Part shown: positions 56,859 through 64,000 of the stretch, in pieces
Numbering within the stretch: the stretch's first letter is position 1
How the letters are laid out: each line of letters begins with the position of its first letter
From: Candidatus Uhrbacteria bacterium
GTDB taxonomy: Bacteria; Patescibacteriota; Patescibacteriia; UBA9934; GWF2-40-263
Assembly (NCBI GenBank): GCA_026395055.1
Contig: JAPLZK010000003.1
Location: 99,855-163,854 of the forward strand
DNA length: 64,000 nt
Direction of reading: 5' to 3'
Notes under the pieces: model-generated
What the model was told of the DNA's origin: nothing
Seen by the model: the letters and a program-made list of their open reading frames with translations, nothing else
The model's database searches: none
Program-made: the position numbers and the translations under genes

Positions 56859-58415
56859 ATGAACGCACAAGAAATTCTTCACACTATCAAATTGTCCGGC
56901 CACACCCATGGCTCTCTTGTGACGCTTGAGTCTGTTTCACCGGAATGGTTCACCCCGTTGTGCAATCGATTGTCCGCTGAGTTCAAACTTCCGCTTTCTT
57001 TGTTGTATGCAACAGATGATCGCAAAGAGGGAAAGGGGTTCGGTATTCATGTGTTGTTTGCGCTTGATGCGTCACACGAGTGGCTGCTTGTTGAGACAAC
57101 ATTGTCCGAAGAGAACCCAAGTTATGAATCTCTGACAAAAACAATCATGGAAGCGCATTGGTATGAGCGTTATGCCATGGATATGTTTGGCATTAAGGCA
57201 GAAGGTCATCCAGATCCACGTCGTTTGGTTCATCATGAGAACGTTCCGGCAAACACACATCCACTTCGTAAAGATTTTGCGTGGAATACAAAGATGGAGC
57301 ATGCAAATGAACCTTATCCAATGCATCACATTGAAGGCGAAGGAATCTTTGAGATTCCGGTCGGTCCAATTCACGCAGGTGTGATTGAGCCCGGACATTT
57401 TCGCTTTAACGTTGCGGGTGAACGTATTATTACCCTCGAAGGAAAGTTGTTCTTCACACACAAGGGTGTTGAGAAACTCCTTGAAGGAAAGACAGTTGCA
57501 CAAGCACTTCCATTCATTGAACGTATCTCAGGCGACATGTCTGCGTCACACACACTTGCATTTGCTCAAGCGATCGAGCAGATCTCAAGCGTGACGGTTC
57601 CAAAGCGTGCGCAAGAACTGCGTGTACTGATTACAGAACTTGAACGCATTACAATGCATACATTCGACATTGGAAACATGGCGGGAAACGGAACCGGATT
57701 TACGGTTGAAGCAGCTCATGGATTCCGTGTGAAAGAAAAAATCATGCGATTGTCTGAACGTGTGTTCGGAAATCGTTTTTGGCGCGGATTCGTTGTGCCG
57801 GGCGGAGTCTCGAAGACGTTGTCACAAGAAGAACTTCTCGATATTGTAAAAACAACAAAGGAAGTTGTTCAAGAGATGGAAGATCTCTTTCAGCTTGGTC
57901 GACACTCAGATGGACTTCGCGAGCGTCTCGAGACAACAGGTGTCCTCGCAAAAGAAGTCGCCGTAGCATTTGGTGCGCTTGGACTTCCAGCTCGTGGATC
58001 TGGAGTGGATCGTGACGTTCGTCGTGATCATCCTTATGCAGCGTATGCCGAGATGCAACCGGAAGTATTCACCTTTGAGAAAGGCGATGTCTATGCACGT
58101 TGGAAACTGCGCGCACTTGAGATGGTCGAATCAATGAAGCTCATCGAAAAGATTTGTGCCTCAAAGAACGACGGCTCTGTGCGTGTCGACGTACACGTAA
58201 AAGACGGCATGGCGATCGGTGCGGTCGAATCATGGCGTGGTGAGCTATTGAACGTGGTCTACGTCAGGAATGGTGTGATTGCACGCTGCGTTCCACGTGA
58301 TCCATCCTTCTGCAACTGGGCGCTCTTTGGAGCGATTGGCCCTGGAAACATCATTCCGGACTTTCCCTTGTGTAACAAATCATTGAACTTAAGTTATTCC
58401 GGAACCGATTTGTAA
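56859..58415 (+). CDS. fused NuoC-NuoD / HycE-like large subunit lacking NiFe-ligand cysteines
   Basis: ORF 56787 trimmed to MNAQEIL; NuoC-like WYERYAMDMFGI..GHPD; GPIHAGVIEPGHFRF; L1 motif RxCGxCxxxH replaced by RISGDMSASH; C-terminal DPCxxC replaced by DPSFCN. Confidence 0.8.
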   Translation: MNAQEILHTIKLSGHTHGSLVTLESVSPEWFTPLCNRLSAEFKLPLSLLYATDDRKEGKGFGIHVLFALDASHEWLLVETTLSEENPSYESLTKTIMEAHWYERYAMDMFGIKAEGHPDPRRLVHHENVPANTHPLRKDFAWNTKMEHANEPYPMHHIEGEGIFEIPVGPIHAGVIEPGHFRFNVAGERIITLEGKLFFTHKGVEKLLEGKTVAQALPFIERISGDMSASHTLAFAQAIEQISSVTVPKRAQELRVLITELERITMHTFDIGNMAGNGTGFTVEAAHGFRVKEKIMRLSERVFGNRFWRGFVVPGGVSKTLSQEELLDIVKTTKEVVQEMEDLFQLGRHSDGLRERLETTGVLAKEVAVAFGALGLPARGSGVDRDVRRDHPYAAYAEMQPEVFTFEKGDVYARWKLRALEMVESMKLIEKICASKNDGSVRVDVHVKDGMAIGAVESWRGELLNVVYVRNGVIARCVPRDPSFCNWALFGAIGPGNIIPDFPLCNKSLNLSYSGTDL

Positions 58416-58428
58416 AGCTCCAAATCAA

Positions 58429-58471
58429 AAATCCCAAATTCCAAATGATTGGAGCTTGGGATTTTCTTTTT
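58429..58471 (+). terminator. hairpin cluster/terminator after large subunit gene
   Basis: AAATCCCA..TGGGATTT stem followed by TCTTTTTGG; overlapping AGCTCCAA..TTGGAGCT stem. Confidence 0.35.
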
Positions 58472-58554
58472 GGTGCTTTACGCTTGACGCTCGCGTCATT
58501 CTCGAGTAGTCTCTCCACATCGTCACCTCAACTTCGACGATACAAGGATAGCTC

Positions 58555-59151
58555 ATGCCCGTTTCTCCTCTCTCTTTTGGTGATCAACGTTTGATCGAGT
58601 TGCTGTACGAAGCGCGTGTCTTGTACGAAAAGAAATTGGAATTCGATCTTTCGAAAACACTCGTTGTCACAGATCTTGCAAATCCAAATCCGGAAATTTC
58701 CGTAAACACGCAAGTCGAGCCCGCTCAGATCCTGCGGGTTTTGCACGGTGGCTGTGCCTTGCACACCGTGACATCCAACGTGAATCACGAAGAACGGCGT
58801 GAACGCATCATTGAGAGAATGAAGACGTTGTTGTTCGGCTCATTCATTCAGACGATTGCTCTCGTTGCGGCTGCACCTTCCCTTGATCCGCCGCTTTCGC
58901 TCGTCGACACCATCGACTATCTGCGTTCGGCAGAAGAGTACGTCTGTCTGATGTTCGGAAAGAAATTGCAGGTGTACAACTTCATCTGCGTGAAATTTCC
59001 AGACAATCGAACGTACACGTTGCAGATCAACACTCCCGAATTTCACGCGTGGTACAACGACTACGAACGCGATGTGCTTGGACGTGATGACCGCGCTGTA
59101 GAAGACGACAGCGATGGCATCGACGGCCGTAGTGGTATGACGATTCCGTAG
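58555..59151 (+). CDS. hypothetical protein P58 (paralog of P56)
   Basis: 198 aa; ~25% identity with P56 across full length; acidic C-terminus. Confidence 0.5.
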   Translation: MPVSPLSFGDQRLIELLYEARVLYEKKLEFDLSKTLVVTDLANPNPEISVNTQVEPAQILRVLHGGCALHTVTSNVNHEERRERIIERMKTLLFGSFIQTIALVAAAPSLDPPLSLVDTIDYLRSAEEYVCLMFGKKLQVYNFICVKFPDNRTYTLQINTPEFHAWYNDYERDVLGRDDRAVEDDSDGIDGRSGMTIP

Positions 59152-59156
59152 ACCCT

Positions 59157-59183
59157 GACACTCATTTGAGTGTCTTTTTTGTT
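59157..59183 (+). terminator. intrinsic terminator after P58
   Basis: GACACTCA-TT-TGAGTGTC followed by TTTTTTG. Confidence 0.5.
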
Positions 59184-59194
59184 TCCGAAACCCC

Positions 59195-59203
59195 TGTTAC
59201 AAT
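59195..59203 (+). promoter_or_regulatory. extended -10 element TGTTACAAT ~9 bp upstream of helicase-nuclease ATG (leaderless-type)
   Basis: identical 9-mer upstream of DUF3179 gene; TGTTACGAT variant upstream of rluB. Confidence 0.35.
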
Positions 59204-59212
59204 GGCGCCAAT

Positions 59213-62143
59213 ATGAATCTCCTTGAAGACCTGAATCCAGAACAAATCTCCGCTGTAACCCACACGACAGGGCCGCTTATGATTGTGGCTGGGGCCGGAA
59301 CAGGGAAGACAACGGTGGTAACCAAACGTATTGCATGGCTTATCGAACAAGGGCTCGCAAAACCTGAGCAGATTCTTTCGCTTACATTTACGGACAAGGC
59401 GGCCGGTGAAATGGAAGAGCGTGTTGATCTGTTGTTGCCGTATGGGTATGTAGATCTTCAGATATCGACCTTCCACGCGTTTTGTGAACGTCTGCTTAGA
59501 GAATATGGAGCGGAAATTGGACTCGCACGCGACTTTAAGCTTTCGACAGAACTCGACACCTGGCTTTTGATGCGTCAGCATTTTGATAAGTTCATTCTCG
59601 ATTACTATCGTCCACTCGGAAACCCAACCAAGTATCTCAAGGGTTTCCTTTCACATTTTTCGAGATTAAAGGATCAAGCCATTGATCCGGATTTTTATCT
59701 TAAGTTCGTCGAAGAGCATGTTCTCGACAAGGATGACAAACAATCTGATGAAGATATCGAATCGGAAATGAAACGTTTAAGTGAGCTTGCGAATGCGTAT
59801 CAGACACATCAATCTATTCTTCAAGAGCACGATGCGCTCGACTTTGGTGATCTTATTTTGTATGCATTGAAACTCCTCCGTGATCGACCACGTATTTTAA
59901 AACTCGTTCGTGACAAGTTTCGTTTCGTGCTTGTCGATGAGTTTCAGGACACAAACCACGCGCAGTATGAACTCGTAAAACTGATCGCGGCGCCAAGCAA
60001 TAACCTGACCATTGTTGGAGATGATGATCAATCGATCTATCATTTTCGAGGTGCGTCCCTCGAGAATATCTTACGTTTTGAAACAGACTTCCCAGATACC
60101 GTTCGAGTTGTACTAACCAAGAACTACCGATCCACTCAATCTATTCTCGATCACGCGCACACCTTCATCCAGATGAACAATCCATACCGTCTTGAGACAA
60201 GAAGCGGATTAACCAAACGTTTAATCGCACATTCTGAGAAGACGGGAACGATTGAACACATTCATTGCTCAACACTTGAAGACGAAGTTCTCTCTGTTGT
60301 GAAGAAGATCGATGAGCTAAAAGAACAAGATCCCAATTTAGGTTGGGACGATTTTGCGATTCTCGTCCGATCAAACAGTGCTGGCGACGATTTTGCAACC
60401 GCATTTGATCGTCACGGAATCCCATTTCAGTTTCTGGCTCTCTCAGGACTTTATACAAAGCCGGTCATTCTCGACCTGCTCGCGTTCATGCAGGTGATTG
60501 ATCGACCATTTGAGAGCCCAAGCTTCTATCGTGTCCTCACGTCGCCCATGTACGGAATCGATGCGCGTTCAATCGCCGAACTAAATCTTCTTGCTCAAAT
60601 GAAGGGGAAGTCACTTTTCGAGGCATGTGAAATGGCTTCGTCGATCTCTGCGCTTACACCTGAGATTCTCGAGAAACTTCGAACGATCCTCACGCAACTA
60701 AATGAACTTAGAACTTCCTTGAAAGGAAAGCCTGCAACAGAATGTTTTAAACAACTCGTTCGAAAGCTTGGTTATATTGAATATCTGAGCGCACGACCAG
60801 AGGCGGAGAAAATGGAGTCTTTTCGTTATCTCAATCAATTCCTAGAACGTGTAAAATCGTTTGAAACGCGTAACGATCAAAAGACGTTGCACGCTTTTCT
60901 TGAAGAGTTTGCACACGAGCGTGATGCGGGTGAGGAAGGCTCGCTCTCGGTTGATTTTGAAACAGGGCCAGAACTTGTACGCATCATGACGGTTCATGCT
61001 TCAAAAGGTCTTGAGTTTAAACACGTATTCATCGTAAATCTTGTTGACAGAAGATTCCCAGCGCAGGCACGTGGGGAAACGATTCCGATTCCGGATGGGC
61101 TCTTCGAGAACGCAAACGAACATGACGATGCGCACATACACGAGGAGCGCCGGTTATTTTATGTTGCGATGACACGTGCCAAAGAAGGATTGTATTTCAC
61201 TTCTGCGGATGATTATGGCGGATCGAGGGCGCGTAAGCTATCAAGATTCCTTCACGAACTCGGGTACGAGAAACCGGATGGAAAGGATCGCTCGCTCGTG
61301 CACTTGTTTGACGAGGATCGGGGGGAACAAGAGGAGCACATTTCGAAAACCGAGATTTCCATTCCGGTACCAAAACAATTCTCGTTTACACAACTTGCTG
61401 CATTTAAAACGTGTCCGTATCAATACAAATTCGCCCATATTCTGAAAGTGCCCGTCTTTGGTCGCTGGACGTTTTCATTTGGAAAAACCATGCACAACAC
61501 GCTGCAAAACTTTTTTACGCTTTGGCTTGAACGTACGGGGATGAAGCAAGCGTCATTGTTCGGTACAACCTCGAATGCAACAAATCCAATACCTGTCACA
61601 GAAAAGGACCTTCTCGACCTTTATACACATGCTTGGATTGATGATTGGTATGAAGATGATAGACAACGTGAAGAGTATCGCACAAAAGGAAAAGAGTCTC
61701 TGCTTGCGTATTTCCGATCGTTTGCCGAGCATCGACCAAGTCCGCTCTTTCTCGAACAAGGATTCACCCTGAAGTTCGGCGATGTTGTGTTGAAAGGACG
61801 GATCGACCGTATGGATGCGTTTGAAGATGGGGTTGAGATTATTGATTATAAAACAGGTTCACCAAAGACGGAGAAGACGCTGAAACCGGAAGATCGCGAA
61901 CAGTTGTATTTGTATCAAATGGCTGCAATCGACGTGCTCGGACTCAAGCCAATGAAACTCACGTATCACTATCTTGAAGACAACTCAGACGTTTCGTTTA
62001 TTGGAACAGACGATCAGCTTGCTGTTTTGCGACAAAACATTATTGATCGCGTCCAAATGATTCGCAAAAGCCAATTCGAAGCGACTCCGGGTTTTCATTG
62101 TCGTTTTTGTGACTTCGCGGATATTTGTGAATTCAGACAGTAG
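59213..62143 (+). CDS. UvrD/PcrA-type SF1 helicase fused to C-terminal Cas4/AddB-like PD-(D/E)xK nuclease with Fe-S cysteines
   Basis: GAGTGKT Walker A, helicase motifs I-VI; C-terminal ...TCPYQYKF...DRMD...IIDYKTG...CRFCDFADIC (4 Cys). Confidence 0.85.
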   Translation: MNLLEDLNPEQISAVTHTTGPLMIVAGAGTGKTTVVTKRIAWLIEQGLAKPEQILSLTFTDKAAGEMEERVDLLLPYGYVDLQISTFHAFCERLLREYGAEIGLARDFKLSTELDTWLLMRQHFDKFILDYYRPLGNPTKYLKGFLSHFSRLKDQAIDPDFYLKFVEEHVLDKDDKQSDEDIESEMKRLSELANAYQTHQSILQEHDALDFGDLILYALKLLRDRPRILKLVRDKFRFVLVDEFQDTNHAQYELVKLIAAPSNNLTIVGDDDQSIYHFRGASLENILRFETDFPDTVRVVLTKNYRSTQSILDHAHTFIQMNNPYRLETRSGLTKRLIAHSEKTGTIEHIHCSTLEDEVLSVVKKIDELKEQDPNLGWDDFAILVRSNSAGDDFATAFDRHGIPFQFLALSGLYTKPVILDLLAFMQVIDRPFESPSFYRVLTSPMYGIDARSIAELNLLAQMKGKSLFEACEMASSISALTPEILEKLRTILTQLNELRTSLKGKPATECFKQLVRKLGYIEYLSARPEAEKMESFRYLNQFLERVKSFETRNDQKTLHAFLEEFAHERDAGEEGSLSVDFETGPELVRIMTVHASKGLEFKHVFIVNLVDRRFPAQARGETIPIPDGLFENANEHDDAHIHEERRLFYVAMTRAKEGLYFTSADDYGGSRARKLSRFLHELGYEKPDGKDRSLVHLFDEDRGEQEEHISKTEISIPVPKQFSFTQLAAFKTCPYQYKFAHILKVPVFGRWTFSFGKTMHNTLQNFFTLWLERTGMKQASLFGTTSNATNPIPVTEKDLLDLYTHAWIDDWYEDDRQREEYRTKGKESLLAYFRSFAEHRPSPLFLEQGFTLKFGDVVLKGRIDRMDAFEDGVEIIDYKTGSPKTEKTLKPEDREQLYLYQMAAIDVLGLKPMKLTYHYLEDNSDVSFIGTDDQLAVLRQNIIDRVQMIRKSQFEATPGFHCRFCDFADICEFRQ

Positions 62144-62234
62144 AAATAAAGACGAGTATCGAAAGACGAAATCCGAAAACCAGTCTTCGATTTTCGATAT
62201 TCTGATTTCGAATTTTATGTTATCCTTTCTGCGT
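62144..62234. repeat. 7-bp periodic CGAnnnn repeat element (second copy) between helicase-nuclease and DUF721 genes
   Basis: CGAGTAT CGAAAGA CGAAATC CGAAAAC CAGTCTT CGATTTT CGATATT CTGATTT CGAATTT; ~75% identical to 49857..49945. Confidence 0.45.
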
Positions 62235-62558
62235 ATGGGAATGTCTTCAATGAAACAGTTGGTTCGACGACAAATCACAAGAAAACAATTTGGAACTGCC
62301 ATCACTTCGTCACAGATTGTTGGATGGGGGAATGAGTTTTTGCGCGATGTCTTGCCGTTTGATAAAGATGCAGATGCTCGAGTAGTGTCTTACAAAGACG
62401 GCATGCTAAAAATTGTGACAAAGAGCGGTTCCACAACACAATACCTAAAGGAGTTTGAGGAAGAACTCAGAAATCGGATGATGGAAAAATTTCAAGATAC
62501 GAAGCTAGATAAAATTATTTTCCAAATCAATCGCGCTCTCCTAGAAGAATCTCTATGA
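62235..62558 (+). CDS. DUF721 (DciA-like) family protein
   Basis: ORF 62109 trimmed to MGMSSMKQ; pattern ...QIVGWGNEFLRDVLPF...GMLKIVTKSGSTTQYLKEFEEEL... resembles DUF721. Confidence 0.45.
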   Translation: MGMSSMKQLVRRQITRKQFGTAITSSQIVGWGNEFLRDVLPFDKDADARVVSYKDGMLKIVTKSGSTTQYLKEFEEELRNRMMEKFQDTKLDKIIFQINRALLEESL

Positions 62559-62935
62559 GTTTACGTCTGTACCTTATTATCATGGCTCTTGTAAGCATCT
62601 GTGCCTGGATCGCCTGGTTCATTGTGATCCACGCGATTGATCCAACCAAGTCTGGATTTCTTGGATTCTTTTTATTTTTTGTTACGCTTGCCGTCTCTTT
62701 CCTATCAAGTGTAACACTGCTTGGAACGCTTGTTCGTGTCTGGCTCAAAAAAGATCAGGTTGTTTATAGACATGTTATACGTTCCCTTAGACAGGGGATC
62801 ATTCTCACATCGCTCTTTTTAGTTGCAATCATCTTGTCAGGGGTGGGTCTTTTGGTCTGGTGGGTACTCATGCTTCTTGTCCTTATTGCGACGGTTTTAG
62901 AGCTTATCTTTCTTGGTTCCACAGAACCTTCTTGA
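62555..62935 (+). CDS. hypothetical membrane protein
   Basis: 126 aa, 4 TM, ATGA overlap with previous gene. Confidence 0.4.
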   Translation: MSLRLYLIIMALVSICAWIAWFIVIHAIDPTKSGFLGFFLFFVTLAVSFLSSVTLLGTLVRVWLKKDQVVYRHVIRSLRQGIILTSLFLVAIILSGVGLLVWWVLMLLVLIATVLELIFLGSTEPS

Positions 62936-63022
62936 ACACGAAAATTATCGTTGATGTGTCTTGATGGATCCGCCAATATTTTGTAAAATAGATGAACAAA
63001 TGTCATCTTTTTTGTTCTCACT

Positions 63023-64000
63023 ATGTTTGATAAATTCTTCGGACAATTCTCAAGAGATCTTGGAATTGATCTTGGTACATCGCACACACTTGTTTATTCA
63101 AAAGAAGGTGGAATCATTATTAATGAACCATCCATTGTTGCGGTAAACACAAGAACAGATCAAATTTTAGCCGTGGGAAAAGATGCAAAGGACATGCTTG
63201 GAAAAACTCCGCCACACATCTCCATCACAAAACCATTGCAAAAAGGAGTCATCTCAGATTTTGAAGTCACAGAAAAGATGTTGAAGTATTTTATTGATAA
63301 AGCCTACACGGATTCTTTTACGTTCGTTCCGCGTCCACGTATTGTTATCGGTGTTCCTCTTGAAACAACAGAGGTTGAACGCAAGGCTGTTGAAGATGCA
63401 GCGTTGTCAGCCGGAGCGCGTAAAGTGTATCTCGTTGAAAATCCCATGCTTGCAGCTCTTGGTGCGCGTCTCCCACTTTCTGAATCTATCGGAATGATGA
63501 TTGTAGACCTAGGCGGGGGAACAACAGAAATTGCGGTCATGTCGCTTGCAGGAATTGTAACCTGGAAATCTTTAGACATTGCCGGAGACGAGTTGAATAA
63601 AAATATTATTCAATACGCGAGAGACATGTTTAATCTTTTACTTGGAGAACGCGTGGCAGAAAAAGTGAAGATGCGTATTGGTTCTGCAATTCCACAAGAA
63701 ACACCGCTTGTCATGGAAATGCGCGGTCGTGACCTTATTACAGGTCTTCCAAAAGAAATCATCGTGACAGACACGCAGATTCGTGAAGCCATGGATCGTT
63801 CCATTCGCACCATTATTGAACAAATCAAAGCAACACTTGAAAAAACCCCACCGGAACTTGTGGCGGATATTTATGAGCGGGGAATTGTCCTCACGGGTGG
63901 CGGTGCACTTTTGCGGGGATTAGACGTGCTTATTAGTCGTCACGCAGAAATTCCCGTACGTGTTGCAGAAGATCCTGTTACATCTGTTGTTCGCGGAGCG
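63023..64000 (+). CDS. mreB: rod-shape determining actin homolog MreB (3' end beyond window)
   Basis: not in ORF track because no stop in window; ATG ~63023; DLGTSHTLVY, LVENPMLAALGA, DLGGGTTEIAV, LTGGGALL motifs. Confidence 0.85.
   Translation, partial: MFDKFFGQFSRDLGIDLGTSHTLVYSKEGGIIINEPSIVAVNTRTDQILAVGKDAKDMLGKTPPHISITKPLQKGVISDFEVTEKMLKYFIDKAYTDSFTFVPRPRIVIGVPLETTEVERKAVEDAALSAGARKVYLVENPMLAALGARLPLSESIGMMIVDLGGGTTEIAVMSLAGIVTWKSLDIAGDELNKNIIQYARDMFNLLLGERVAEKVKMRIGSAIPQETPLVMEMRGRDLITGLPKEIIVTDTQIREAMDRSIRTIIEQIKATLEKTPPELVADIYERGIVLTGGGALLRGLDVLISRHAEIPVRVAEDPVTSVVRGA

Noticed and set aside
56859-58415. Annotating the large subunit as a [NiFe] hydrogenase (HycE/HyfG)
   Set aside because: Both N-terminal (RxCGxC) and C-terminal (DPCxxC) Ni/Fe-ligand cysteine pairs are absent, so hydrogenase activity is not supportable.

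Overview
This 64-kb window is gene-dense, mostly + strand, with about 47% GC. It reads like a small-genome, possibly CPR/Patescibacteria-like bacterium (DUF5671, pilin-like proteins, many leaderless-looking promoters), but that placement is inference only. Recognisable modules, left to right: trhO (5' partial); divergent zur-znuABC with a palindromic operator; a VOC protein; a TauE/CcdA-like permease fused to a cupredoxin-like domain next to copA; ABC-F ATPase 1; pyrF plus a PyrE-like protein; rluB; guaB-like; greA; cspA; a DUF5671 membrane protein; ABC-F ATPase 2; a DAGK-like lipid kinase; divergent msrA/msrB; a DEAD-box helicase; three tandem paralogous Cys-rich secreted proteins, one with a type IV pilin N-terminus; cfa; htrA; a CDP-alcohol phosphatidyltransferase; SIMPL; pepA; an oxidative-stress block (2Fe-2S ferredoxin, peroxiredoxin, sodA); DUF3179; rsmI-metG-cvpA-tatD; a convergent pair of large paralogous hypothetical proteins; a complete F1Fo ATP synthase operon (atpZ-B-E-F-H-A-G-D-C); a six-gene complex-I / group-4-hydrogenase-like membrane module whose subunits have lost the Fe-S and NiFe ligand cysteines, flanked by two paralogous unknown genes; a UvrD-type helicase fused to a Cas4-like Fe-S nuclease; DUF721; and mreB (3' partial). 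I saw no rRNA, tRNA, CRISPR array, transposase or integrase. Several small repeat families recur: a GC-rich palindrome CCCCCTCCTT-N4-AAGGAGGGGG inserted in frame in two CDSs, a conserved 5'-UTR stem-loop, 7-bp periodic CGAAnnn elements, and repeats inside the atp operon. Most starts sit close to (extended) -10 elements, which suggests short or leaderless 5' UTRs. The strongest novelty candidates are the redox-dead Ehr-like module with its flanking paralogs and the P1/P2 paralog pair. CDS coordinates come from the ORF track, with internal starts chosen by codon counting. Small motif coordinates were located by eye and may be off by 1-2 bp.
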